In this document: piece after piece, positions 53,990 through 63,130 of the stretch
Layout: each line of letters begins with the position of its first letter
How positions within the stretch are numbered: position 1 is the first letter of the stretch
Made by a program: the position numbers and the translations under genes
Notes under the pieces: generated by a model
Databases searched by the model: none
Seen by the model: only the letters and a program-made list of their open reading frames with translations
Told to the model about the DNA's origin: nothing
From: Spirochaetia bacterium
GTDB taxonomy: Bacteria; Spirochaetota; Spirochaetia; SZUA-6; Bin103
NCBI GenBank assembly: GCA_965199955.1
Contig: CBDATQ010000001.1
Span: 1,088,001 to 1,152,000, forward strand
Length of the DNA: 64,000 nucleotides
Direction: 5' to 3'

Positions 53990-56025
53990 GCGCAGACGCG
54001 GCCCCGTTGATCGGGCCGAGCGCCGGCTTGGCCAAGCCGATGCGCATCGTCCTGTTCGTCCTGCTGGCGGTGCTGTGCCTGCTGGCGCTGTCGATGATCG
54101 GCCGCTTCGGCCGCGGCGACCGCTCCACCGGCTACGAGCCGCCAGCGCCCCGGATCGCCAGCGCCGCGGCGCTGCAGCCGCTGCTGATGATCGAGGACGG
54201 GCGCCGCAAGCCGCTGGACAGTTACGCGCGCAACACGCTGCTGCGCTACTCCGGCCGCGAGCGCTACGCCGGCCAGCCGGCGATCGACTGGCTGGCGCGG
54301 GTGCTGCTGTCACCGCAGGAGACCTACCGCGACGAGGTGTTCCTGATCGACCACCCGGAGGTGCTGGAGGCGATCGGCGTACCGTCTCGTGGACGGGGGC
54401 GCTACAGCTTCGAAGAGCTGCGCGCCGGGGCGATCGAGCTCGAGGAGTTGGCCGCGCTGGCGGCCGAGCTGGCGGCCGAGGAGCGCAGCCTCGTCCAGCG
54501 CGAGATCATCCGTGTCTGGAACAACCTGGTCGAATTCTCCGGCATGCTCGCCGCCTTCGGCTTCACCTACCCCGACACCGAGGCGTTCTTCGTCGACACG
54601 GACGGCGCGGCGGAAGCCCTGCAGCTACCGGGAACGGGGCCGTACAGTTATCTGGATCTCGCACTGCGTCGTCCCCTGCTGGAGGAGCACGCCGCCGCCG
54701 TGGTCGACCGGCACGGCCGCTCGGGCCAGCTCGATGCCACTGACCGGACGCTGCTGCGCCTGGCGCAGAACCTCCGCCTGTGGGATCAGAGCTACGGCTC
54801 CCTGCCGCTGCCGCTGATCCCGCTGCCGTCACCCGCAGGCGATCGGTGGCTGAGCCCCTGGGAGGCGCTGGCGCAACCGCAGATCGCGTCCCAGGCCGCC
54901 GAGGAGTTGACCGCGCTCCGCGACCTGCAGGTGGCGTATGTCGAGGGCCGGCAGGCGCGGTTCGATCTGGCCGCGCAAACGTTCGTCCTTGCCCAGGATC
55001 GGCGGCTGGGAAGCGCCCTGCCGCTGCCCGACCCGTTCCTGGAGCTGTTCTACCGCCGCTTCGATCCGCTCTTCCATGCCCGCTGGGTCTACCTGCTGGG
55101 CACGGCGCTGGCGCTCCTGGCCATGCTGGTCAGCCGCCCGTGGCCGGAGCGGGCGAGCGTCGTCGCCCTGGCGCTGGGCCTTACCATCCATACCGCCGGC
55201 ATCCTGCTGCGGATGATCATCAGCGGCCGGCCGCCGGTCACCAACTTGTACGAGACGTTCGTGTTCGTCTCCTGGTGCGCGGCCGCCGCCGGCGTGTTCC
55301 TGCGCTACCGGGGCAATCGCCTGGGGGCCGTCAGCGGGCTGGTGATCGGCTTTCTGCTGCTGTGGGTCTCCGGCAAGTTCGCCGCCGAGGGTGACACCCT
55401 GCGCGAGCTGCAGGCGGTGCTCGACACCAACTTCTGGCTCTCCACTCACGTTGTCGTAATCACCTCCGGGTACTGTGCCTGTGTCTTCGCCGGCTTCGTC
55501 GGCCACGTCTACCTGTTCCAGTACGTCGAGAACCGCGGCGGCGGTCCACGCCTGCGCCAGACCTACCGGATGCTGGTCGGTTCTCTGGCGTTCGGACTGA
55601 CCCTGTCGTTCGCAGGCACCATGCTCGGCGGCATCTGGGCCGACCAGTCGTGGGGGCGCTTCTGGGGATGGGATCCCAAGGAGAACGGCGCGCTGATGAT
55701 CGTGCTGTGGTGCGCCATCCTGTTCCACGCGCGGCTGGGCAAGATGATCGGCGAGTATGGCATGGCGGCAGGGTCCGTGATCGGCATCATGGTGGTGATG
55801 CTTGCCTGGTTCGGGATCAACGAGCTCGGCGTCGGGCTGCACTCCTACGGCTTCACCGAGGGGGTGCTGCCAGGCCTGCTTATCTACGGCGCGATCGAGG
55901 TGGTATTCCTGACAGCGGTCGCGTTGCTGGTGCGCCGTCGCGTTGTCCGTCCGTCCGGCGCAGCGGCGCAAAGGCCGAGGACGGCGGCGCGGACGCCGAG
56001 GACGCCCACGGTCCAGCGGGGATGA
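53986..56025 (+). CDS. ccsA: Cytochrome c synthase CcsA/ResC with large N-terminal domain
   Basis: PPVTNLYE, WLSTHV, WADQSWGRFWGWDPKE (WWD domain), GLHSYG. Confidence 0.93.
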   Translation: MSADAAPLIGPSAGLAKPMRIVLFVLLAVLCLLALSMIGRFGRGDRSTGYEPPAPRIASAAALQPLLMIEDGRRKPLDSYARNTLLRYSGRERYAGQPAIDWLARVLLSPQETYRDEVFLIDHPEVLEAIGVPSRGRGRYSFEELRAGAIELEELAALAAELAAEERSLVQREIIRVWNNLVEFSGMLAAFGFTYPDTEAFFVDTDGAAEALQLPGTGPYSYLDLALRRPLLEEHAAAVVDRHGRSGQLDATDRTLLRLAQNLRLWDQSYGSLPLPLIPLPSPAGDRWLSPWEALAQPQIASQAAEELTALRDLQVAYVEGRQARFDLAAQTFVLAQDRRLGSALPLPDPFLELFYRRFDPLFHARWVYLLGTALALLAMLVSRPWPERASVVALALGLTIHTAGILLRMIISGRPPVTNLYETFVFVSWCAAAAGVFLRYRGNRLGAVSGLVIGFLLLWVSGKFAAEGDTLRELQAVLDTNFWLSTHVVVITSGYCACVFAGFVGHVYLFQYVENRGGGPRLRQTYRMLVGSLAFGLTLSFAGTMLGGIWADQSWGRFWGWDPKENGALMIVLWCAILFHARLGKMIGEYGMAAGSVIGIMVVMLAWFGINELGVGLHSYGFTEGVLPGLLIYGAIEVVFLTAVALLVRRRVVRPSGAAAQRPRTAARTPRTPTVQRG

Positions 56026-56783
56026 GCGCGACCACGACCAGGCCGCGTTCGCCCGAACGCCACATGACGTTCCTGGAGCACGCCGAAGAGCTGCGGCGGC
56101 GGCTGATCGTGTCCGTGATCGCCGCGCTGGTGGCCGCCGGGGTCTGCTACGGGTTCTACGAGTGGATCCTGAACCTGCTGCTCGCGCCTCTGGCGGCGAT
56201 CCAGGAGCGGCTCGGCGAGCAGCAGCTCTATGCGACCTCGCTGCTCGAGGGGTTTCTGGTGCGGATGAAGGTTGCCCTGCTGGCCGGGGTCGTCGCGTCG
56301 CTGCCGGTGCATGCCTACAATGTGATCCGGTTCGTGTTTCCCGCCCTGCAGCGCAAGGAGCGGAGAGTGATCGCGGCCGCGCTCTGGGCAAGCATGGTCC
56401 TGGTCTGCGGCGGGTTTCTCTACGGGTACCACCAGGTGCTGCCGTTGTCGGTCGACTTTCTCACCGGCTCGGGGTTCATCCCGGAGCGGGTGGGGATACT
56501 GCTGAGCTACGACCGCAACGTGTTCTTTCTGCTGCAGATCCTGCTGATGTTCGCGCTCGTGTTCCAGATGCCGGTGGTGCTGTTGCTGTTGCTGCGCGGG
56601 GGCGTGGTGACCCGCCGCGCGCTGCTGCGCGCGAGCCGCTTCGCAATCGTCGGAATCTTCGGGATGGCGGCCCTGATCACGCCGCCGGACGTCGTGTCGC
56701 AGATCGGCCTGGCGCTGCCGATGGTGGCGATGTTCTTCCTGACCATCCTGATCGCCCGCATTCTGCGGTTTGGAGGCGGCTGA
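56022..56783 (+). CDS. tatC: Twin-arginine translocase TatC
   Basis: MTFLEHAEELRRRL, FQMP, ITPPDVVSQ. Confidence 0.95.
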   Translation: MSATTTRPRSPERHMTFLEHAEELRRRLIVSVIAALVAAGVCYGFYEWILNLLLAPLAAIQERLGEQQLYATSLLEGFLVRMKVALLAGVVASLPVHAYNVIRFVFPALQRKERRVIAAALWASMVLVCGGFLYGYHQVLPLSVDFLTGSGFIPERVGILLSYDRNVFFLLQILLMFALVFQMPVVLLLLLRGGVVTRRALLRASRFAIVGIFGMAALITPPDVVSQIGLALPMVAMFFLTILIARILRFGGG

Positions 56784-57097
56784 TGTTCGGCCTCGGGCTC
56801 TGGGAGATCGGCATCATCGCGCTGGTGATCGTGCTGTTCGTGAAGCCGAGCGAGCTGCCGCGCGCGGCGCGCACGGTCGGACGGGTCGTGCGGAAGGTCC
56901 AGACCACGTCCGCGCGTGCCAAGGCGGAGATGCGCCAGCTCGGCGCCGCCCTCGAGCAGGCGGACCAGGAGCGGTCCGGGGCGACGCCGCCGGATGGCGC
57001 GATTCACCCCATGCAGACCCGGCCTGCGGAGGAAGACGGGGACGCGGGACAGGGGTATATTGACAAGACCTCGTCCGGGGACGCGGTAGAGAGGTAG
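56783..57097 (+). CDS. tatB: Twin-arginine translocase TatB-like
   Basis: MFGLGLWEIGII...PSELPRAARTVG. Confidence 0.82.
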   Translation: MFGLGLWEIGIIALVIVLFVKPSELPRAARTVGRVVRKVQTTSARAKAEMRQLGAALEQADQERSGATPPDGAIHPMQTRPAEEDGDAGQGYIDKTSSGDAVER

Positions 57098-57102
57098 CAA
57101 GC

Positions 57103-57327
57103 ATGCTTGGCCATCCGGAGATACTGATCGTCGGCGTGATCGTACTGGTGCTGTTCGGCGCATCGGCGATCCCGCGATTCGCGCGCTCGATCGGCCGCGC
57201 CAAGGCGGAGTTCGAGAAGGGTCTGACGACCGGCCAGAAGGACGCCGAAGGCGCGGAAGGCGACCGCAAGGCGCTGCAGGACACGGCGGAGTCCGACGGC
57301 AGGGCAAATAGCGGCGGGACGAAGTAG
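57103..57327 (+). CDS. tatA: Twin-arginine translocase TatA
   Basis: EILIV...LFG...P...SIG...EFEKG. Confidence 0.9.
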   Translation: MLGHPEILIVGVIVLVLFGASAIPRFARSIGRAKAEFEKGLTTGQKDAEGAEGDRKALQDTAESDGRANSGGTK

Positions 57328-57358
57328 CCGGACTTCAGGGGAGTAGCCGGACCTCAGG
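57323..57358. repeat. Tandem repeat AGTAGCCGGAC(T/C)TCAGG x2 at the tatA/coaBC convergence
   Basis: 57323-57339 and 57342-57358, 16/17 identical. Confidence 0.8.
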
Positions 57359-58580
57359 CGCCGAGCAGCGCCCCCACCCGATCCAGCAGGCGGTGCGCCG
57401 CCTGCTCCTTGGACAGTTCCGGCAGAGGCTCCTCGCGTCCCGTGCGATCTATCAGCGTCAGCGCCACGCGGGCGGCGCCGAACGGCCGCCGGTCGGAACC
57501 GACCGCGTTGGCGGCAATCAGGTCCAGCCGCTTGGTGGCAAGCTTGCGGCGCGCCCCCTCCCGGAGCCGCTCGGTCTCGGCGGCGAAGCCGACCACCACC
57601 GGAGGCCGCTGCCACCCGTCGCCGCCGGCCGCAAGCGATGCCAGTATGTCTTCGGTCGGCTCCAGCTCGATCGTCAACCCGGGCCGTCCCGCCTTCTTGA
57701 TCTTGGCCACCGCGGGCGCCGAGGGACGAAAGTCTGCGACCGCTGCCGACATGATCAGCGCATCCCGGCCCGGCAGGTGCTCCCTGACGGCGTGCGCCAT
57801 GCCGGCGGCGCTCTCGATGCCGATCGGCGTGATGCCGGGCTCGGTCTCGGCGGCGGCGGTGGTCACCAGAGTGACCTCGGCGCCGCGGTCGCGGGCGGCC
57901 GCCGCCACTGCGCGGCCCATCAGGCCGGACGAGCGGTTGGTCAGGGTCCTGACCGGGTCCACGGCCTCCCGCGTGCCGCCGGCGGTGATCAGCATGGAAC
58001 GGCCGGCCAGATCGCCGTGCGCGCCCAGCGCGTGGCGGACATGGCGGGTGATCGACGCCGGTTCGGCCATGCGGCCGACTCCATGGGCGCCGGACGCCAG
58101 CCGGCCGGTCGCAGGCGGAACGATGGTCATCCCGTCGGCGGCGATTTGCTCGACGTTGCGCTGCGTCGGCGGCTTCTCCCACATCGTGCTCTCCATGGCC
58201 GGCGCGACCAGCACCGGCGCCGGACTGGCCAGCACGGTCGCCGCCACCACGTCGTCGGCCGCGCCGCGGGCCAGGCGGGCGATGGTGTTGGCGGACGCCG
58301 GCGCCACGACCACCAGATCGTGCGCGGTCGCAAGCTCGACATGCTGCACGCCCGCGTGATCGGGATCGAACAGGTCGGTGACCACCCGCTCGGCGGTGAT
58401 CGCCTGGAAGGTGAGCGGCTGGATGAACCTGCGGGCTCCGGCCGACATCACCACGCGCACGCGGATGCCGAGTTGCACCAGCTCGCTGACCAGGGCAGCC
58501 GTCTTGTAGGCCGCGATGCCGCCGGTGACGCACACCAGCACCGACCGACCGGCGAACGGGCTTCGCGATTCGGCGTTCAT
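57354..58580 (-). CDS. coaBC: Phosphopantothenoylcysteine decarboxylase/ligase
   Basis: TGGIAAYK, APASAN, TAGGTRE..DPVR, AAVADF, VGFAAET. Confidence 0.95.
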   Translation of the reverse strand: MNAESRSPFAGRSVLVCVTGGIAAYKTAALVSELVQLGIRVRVVMSAGARRFIQPLTFQAITAERVVTDLFDPDHAGVQHVELATAHDLVVVAPASANTIARLARGAADDVVAATVLASPAPVLVAPAMESTMWEKPPTQRNVEQIAADGMTIVPPATGRLASGAHGVGRMAEPASITRHVRHALGAHGDLAGRSMLITAGGTREAVDPVRTLTNRSSGLMGRAVAAAARDRGAEVTLVTTAAAETEPGITPIGIESAAGMAHAVREHLPGRDALIMSAAVADFRPSAPAVAKIKKAGRPGLTIELEPTEDILASLAAGGDGWQRPPVVVGFAAETERLREGARRKLATKRLDLIAANAVGSDRRPFGAARVALTLIDRTGREEPLPELSKEQAAHRLLDRVGALLGA

Positions 58581-58597
58581 GGCGTCCTCGCCGTCGC

Positions 58598-59404
58598 TCA
58601 CGTCTTCCTCCCCGTCCAGGTGTTGCCCGCGTTCGCGTTCCACGTCAGGCGCAGCCCCTTCAGCGTGATCCACGGATCGACCGCGTCGATCACCCGTGTC
58701 AGCGGCGCGATGGTGTCGGCCAGCCCGCCGGTCGCCAGCACGTAGGCGCTGCCGCCGAGCTCGGCCCGGAAGCGCGCCACCATGCCCTCCACCAGGCCCA
58801 CGTAGCCGTAGATCAGCCCGGACTGCACCGCGTGCGTGGTGTTGGTGCCGATCGCGTGAGGCGGCGCCACCAGCTCGATGCGCCCCAGTTTGGCGGCGCG
58901 CTCCGCGAGCGCGTCCGCGGCGATCTCGATGCCGGGGGCGATGGCCCCGCCCAGGTACTGGCCGGACGCGTCGATCGCGTCGAAGGTGGTTCCGGTGCCG
59001 AAGTCCACCACGCAGACCGGGCCGCCGTGCTCGGCGAACGCCGCCGCGGCGTCGACGATGCGGTCGGCGCCCACGTCCCGCAGGCTGTCGTAGCGGACGC
59101 GCACGCCGGTCCTGACGCCGACGCCGACGATGAGCGGCTCCAGTCCCAGCCGGCTGCGGCACAGCGTGGCGAACACTCCCTGCACCGCCGGCACCGAGCT
59201 GGCGATCGCGACCGCGTCGATCGCCTCCTCCGTCAGTCCCTCCAACTGCAGGAGTTGCCGGAGCAGCACGGCGTACTCGTCGGCCTGCGCGTTGGCGCGG
59301 GTCGACAGCCGCCACGTGGCAGCGGGCGCGGCGTGCTCGGCCGCATCGGGCGGAAAGGTCCCCAGCACGATGTTGGTATTGCCGATGTCCATGCAGAGCA
59401 GCAT
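58598..59404 (-). CDS. coaX: Type III pantothenate kinase
   Basis: DIGNT, VGADR, VDFGTGTTFD, GGAIAPG, ATGG. Confidence 0.95.
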   Translation of the reverse strand: MLLCMDIGNTNIVLGTFPPDAAEHAAPAATWRLSTRANAQADEYAVLLRQLLQLEGLTEEAIDAVAIASSVPAVQGVFATLCRSRLGLEPLIVGVGVRTGVRVRYDSLRDVGADRIVDAAAAFAEHGGPVCVVDFGTGTTFDAIDASGQYLGGAIAPGIEIAADALAERAAKLGRIELVAPPHAIGTNTTHAVQSGLIYGYVGLVEGMVARFRAELGGSAYVLATGGLADTIAPLTRVIDAVDPWITLKGLRLTWNANAGNTWTGRKT

Positions 59405-60243
59405 CAGCTCACCGGCTCCAGCGGCACGTTGTCGATCAGCCGCACGCCGCCTACGCGGACAGCGACCGACGCGACGCCGGACCGATCGACGGTCTCCAGC
59501 TCCGCCATCGTGTCGGGATCGGCGACGCTCGCGTATTCCAGGTCGACGCTGCCGCGCAGCCGGTCGCGGAGCACCGCGCGCAGCGCCTCGGCATCCCGCT
59601 CGCCGGCGCCGAACCGCGCCCGGCATGCCTCCAGGGCGCGCGGGATCGCGACGGCGCGGGCTCGCTGCTCCGGGGTGAGCAGCGCATTGCGCGAGCTCAG
59701 CGCCACGCCGTCGTGGTCGCGGACCGTCGCGCAGACGACCATTTCGACGTCGATGTCGAGATCGGTGACCATGCGCCGCAGCACGGCGACCTGTTGCGCG
59801 TCCTTCTGTCCGAAGTAGGCGCGCGCGGGCGTGACGATGTTCAGCAGCTTGGCCACCACCGTGCAGACAGCGGGGAAGTGGCCGGGCCTCCCGGCGCCTT
59901 CCAGCGGCTCGCCGACCCGTCCTGGCAGCACCGTGGTTTCGAACCCGGGCGGATACATCGTCTGCACCGCCGGCGCGAACACCAGGGAGGCTCCGGCGTC
60001 GCGGAACAGCGCCAGGTCGTCGTCCCGCGTGCGCGGATAGGACTCCAGGTCGGCCTCTTCGGAGAATTGCGTGGGGTTGAGGAACAGCGTCCCCACCACG
60101 GTGTCACCGGCGGCACTGGCGTGCTCGACCAGTGACCGATGTCCGGCGTGCAGCGCGCCCAGCGTCGCGACCAGGCCGACCGTCGACCGGCCCACGGCGC
60201 GCACGAACGAGCGCACCTGGTCGATCCGTTCGACCACCCTCAT
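59404..60243 (-). CDS. panC: Pantoate-beta-alanine ligase
   Basis: GALHAGH, NPTQF, RPGHF, FGQKDAQQ, LSSRN, RLIDN. Confidence 0.95.
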   Translation of the reverse strand: MRVVERIDQVRSFVRAVGRSTVGLVATLGALHAGHRSLVEHASAAGDTVVGTLFLNPTQFSEEADLESYPRTRDDDLALFRDAGASLVFAPAVQTMYPPGFETTVLPGRVGEPLEGAGRPGHFPAVCTVVAKLLNIVTPARAYFGQKDAQQVAVLRRMVTDLDIDVEMVVCATVRDHDGVALSSRNALLTPEQRARAVAIPRALEACRARFGAGERDAEALRAVLRDRLRGSVDLEYASVADPDTMAELETVDRSGVASVAVRVGGVRLIDNVPLEPVS

Positions 60244-61127
60244 GCCGTCCTCGTGCGCAGCCCCGCTTCGCGCCGCTCGGCGGCCAGCGCATGGTCGAAG
60301 CGGGCGATCTCATCGGCCGGCATGAGATAAGCGTGCTCCTTGTCCGGATAGGCGCGGGTGCGCACGTCACGGGCGTAGTCGGCGATCGCGCGGCTGATCT
60401 CCGCGCCCGCTTCGCCATAGCGGCGCACGAAGCGGGGCGAGGGGCCGGAGTGGATGCCGGTGAGCTCATGGAACACCAGCACCTGCCCGGAGCAGCCGGC
60501 GCCCGCGCCGATGCCGATCGTCGGCACGGCCAAGTCGGACGTGATGCGGCTCGCCACCGCACGCACGACCGCCTCCAGCACGATCGAGAAGCAGCCGGCG
60601 CGCTCCAGCGCCAGCGCGTCCCGGTAGAGCTGGATGCCGGTCGCGGCGTCGCGGCCGGTCACGATGTGCGATCCGAAGCTGACCGCCGACTGAGGCGTGT
60701 AGCCGATGTGCCCCATCACCGCGACGCCAGCGTCGACGATGGCCCGCGCGGCCCGTGCGCGGATTTCGCCCCCCTCGATCTTGACCGCGTCGACACCGCC
60801 CTCCTTGACGAAGCGGATGGCGTTGCGCACCGCCTCCTCCTCGGAGACCTGGTAGGAGCCGAGCGGCATGTCGCCGACCACCAGCGCGCGCGGCCGTGTA
60901 CGGGTGACCGCACGGCAGTGGTGGAGCATCTCGTCCATGGTCACGGGGACGGTGCTGTCGTATCCCAGGGCGAACTCTGCCAAGGTGTCGCCCACCAGGA
61001 TCAGGTCGACGCCGGCGCCGTCGGCCAGACGGGCGCTCGCCGCGTCGTAGGCGGTGACCATCACCAGCGGCTCCCGGTCGGGGCGCGTGATGTCGGTCAG
61101 CGTGTAGCGGGACCGTTCCATGGGCAT
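60240..61127 (-). CDS. panB: 3-methyl-2-oxobutanoate hydroxymethyltransferase
   Basis: VTAYD, LVGD, DMP, VKIEGG, MGHIG, IGIGAG; AAGGAG SD. Confidence 0.96.
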   Translation of the reverse strand: MPMERSRYTLTDITRPDREPLVMVTAYDAASARLADGAGVDLILVGDTLAEFALGYDSTVPVTMDEMLHHCRAVTRTRPRALVVGDMPLGSYQVSEEEAVRNAIRFVKEGGVDAVKIEGGEIRARAARAIVDAGVAVMGHIGYTPQSAVSFGSHIVTGRDAATGIQLYRDALALERAGCFSIVLEAVVRAVASRITSDLAVPTIGIGAGAGCSGQVLVFHELTGIHSGPSPRFVRRYGEAGAEISRAIADYARDVRTRAYPDKEHAYLMPADEIARFDHALAAERREAGLRTRTA

Positions 61128-61265
61128 CTCCTTCGCCCAAGGCGGACCCCGTGTGGAGCGTGTTGCGCATCTGCCGTGCCGTCCCGGTGGGTACGGCCGG
61201 CGCGACGGCTCCGTGGGACCGGCTGGGGCTTGCCGCCTCACCGAGGTCGGCTGCTCTGTTTCCGC

Positions 61266-61295
61266 AGTATAGGGCGATGCTCGGGGCGATCGCAA
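61266..61295 (-). promoter_or_regulatory. Putative promoter of the pan/coa operon, TTGCGA-N18-TATACT
   Basis: Minus-strand hexamers at 61295-61290 and 61271-61266. Confidence 0.55.
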
Positions 61296-61375
61296 ACGCT
61301 GCTTCGTCCCGTCGGGCAGCCTCAGGTCGCCGCGCGATTCGCTGCGTGGCGACGAATTCGCGCCTTTCCGGTGCC

Positions 61376-61404
61376 TTGACGCGAGCCGCCCGCGCCGGTA
61401 GCTT
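61376..61404 (+). promoter_or_regulatory. Putative promoter of the cimA leader, TTGACG-N17-TAGCTT
   Basis: -10 ends 7 nt before the leader ATG. Confidence 0.6.
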
Positions 61405-61411
61405 GCAACCG

Positions 61412-61471
61412 ATGGCGAGGCGCACTCCGATCAGGATTATCGAGGGCCTTCGAGGGTCCCATGTGCGCTAG
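61412..61471 (+). CDS. Putative Ile-sensing leader peptide MARRTPIRIIEGLRGSHVR
   Basis: 19 codons with Ile at 61430, 61436, 61439; precedes a terminator hairpin and cimA. Confidence 0.7.
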   Translation: MARRTPIRIIEGLRGSHVR

Positions 61472-61496
61472 CTGATCGCGACGACGTGATCGAGGC

Positions 61497-61530
61497 AGGC
61501 CGTGGGCTCCCGGAGGCTCACGGCCTTTCT
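61497..61530 (+). terminator. Attenuator/terminator hairpin upstream of cimA
   Basis: AGGCCGTGGGC / GCTCACGGCCT 11-bp stem ending in TTTCT. Confidence 0.7.
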
Positions 61531-61552
61531 CGTGTAGAAGAGCCGGTGCCTC

Positions 61553-63130
61553 GTGGAGCGTGAAGGGGGGGACGACGCGAAGATGATCGAGGTGATGGAC
61601 ACCACGCTGCGGGACGGCGAGCAGATGCGTGACGTCAGCTATACGCCGGACGAGAAGCTCTCCGTCGCCCAGTTCGTGCTGGAGGAGGTCGGCGTGGACC
61701 GCATCGAGATCGCCAGCGCGCAGGTGAGCGCCGGCGAGCGGGCGGGGGCGGAGACGGTGCTGCGCTGGGCCAACGCGCACGGGGTCGCCGAGCGCGTCGA
61801 GATCCTGGGCTACACTGACGGGGAGGCGTCCGCGCGCTGGATCGCCGACCTGGGCGGGAAGGTGATGAACGTGCTGGCCAAGGGATCGCTCAGGCACCTG
61901 ACCACGCAGCTCCGCAAGACGCCCGAGCAGCACCGGCAGGACATCGACGACACGGTGCGCAAGGCGCGGCGGCTCGGCGTGGCGTGCAACCTCTACCTGG
62001 AGGACTGGTCCAACGGTATGGTCGACTCGCGCGACTACGTCCTGGAGCTCATCGGCGGCTTGGCCGGTACGCCGCTCGTGCGCATCATGCTGCCGGACAC
62101 CCTGGGCGTGCTGTCGCCCGGGATGGTGACCGAGATGGTCGGGGCCGTCCTGAGCCGATTTCCCGATCGCCACTTCGACTTTCACGCGCACAACGACTAC
62201 GGCTTGGCGACGGCGAACACGCTGGCGGCGGTTGCGGCCGGCGTCGCCGGCGTGCACTGCACGGTCAACGGCATGGGCGAGCGTGCCGGCAATGCGCCGC
62301 TGGACGAGGTGGTGGTCGGCATGCACGACTTCCTGGGCAGGGACACCCGTGTCCGGGAGAACAGGCTGGTGCAGGTGAGCGAGCGGGTGGACGTGGTGTC
62401 CGGCCGGCGCGTGCCGCCCAACAAGGCGATCTCCGGCGCCAACGCCTTCACCCAGACCGCCGGCATCCACGCCGACGGCGATCGCAAGGGAGACCTGTAC
62501 CAGGGCCAGCTGCTGCCCGAGCGGTTCGGCCGGGAGCGCTCCTACGCGCTCGGCAAGCTGGCCGGCAAGGCGACCCTGGAGCACCACCTGGACGCGCTCG
62601 GCATCGAGCTTTCGGGCGAACAGCGCGGCGCCGTGCTGGATCGGGTCAAGGAGCTGGCCGACCGCAAGGCGACGATTACCCAGCAGGACCTCCCCTACAT
62701 CGTCGACGACGTGCTGGCGCGTCCCCACGAGCGCCACTTCGTTCTCGAGTCGGTGGTGGTGGTCTCCGCCATCGGCCTGCGCTCGACGGCCACCGTGAAG
62801 CTGCGCTATACCGCTCCCGAAGGGAGCGACGCCACGATCCACGAGGACTCGGCACAGGGCGACGGCGGGTACGACGCGTTCATGAACGCCGTGGGCCGGA
62901 TCGCCGGCAGGATCGGCCTCACGCTGCCGGAGCTCATCGACTACGTCGTCTCCATTCCTCCGGGAGGTCATTCGGATGCGATCGTGCAGTGCACGATCAC
63001 ATGGCGCGGCGACGGTGACACGCTGACGACCAAGGGGGTCAACTCCGACCAGGTGCTGGCCGCGACGGACGCGACCGAGAAGATGCTCAACGTGTGGATC
63101 GCCCGCGTCGGCGGCAACGGTGCCCCGTGA
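61553..63130 (+). CDS. cimA: Citramalate synthase (Leptospira/Bacteroides-type; LeuA/CimA family)
   Basis: DTTLRDGEQ, VDRIEIASA, YLEDWSNG, HAHND, C-terminal regulatory domain; start 61553 or ATG 61583. Confidence 0.85.
   Translation: MEREGGDDAKMIEVMDTTLRDGEQMRDVSYTPDEKLSVAQFVLEEVGVDRIEIASAQVSAGERAGAETVLRWANAHGVAERVEILGYTDGEASARWIADLGGKVMNVLAKGSLRHLTTQLRKTPEQHRQDIDDTVRKARRLGVACNLYLEDWSNGMVDSRDYVLELIGGLAGTPLVRIMLPDTLGVLSPGMVTEMVGAVLSRFPDRHFDFHAHNDYGLATANTLAAVAAGVAGVHCTVNGMGERAGNAPLDEVVVGMHDFLGRDTRVRENRLVQVSERVDVVSGRRVPPNKAISGANAFTQTAGIHADGDRKGDLYQGQLLPERFGRERSYALGKLAGKATLEHHLDALGIELSGEQRGAVLDRVKELADRKATITQQDLPYIVDDVLARPHERHFVLESVVVVSAIGLRSTATVKLRYTAPEGSDATIHEDSAQGDGGYDAFMNAVGRIAGRIGLTLPELIDYVVSIPPGGHSDAIVQCTITWRGDGDTLTTKGVNSDQVLAATDATEKMLNVWIARVGGNGAP

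Noticed and set aside
57060..57095. TTGACA inside tatB as an internal tatA promoter
   Set aside because: No acceptable -10 at 16-19 nt spacing.
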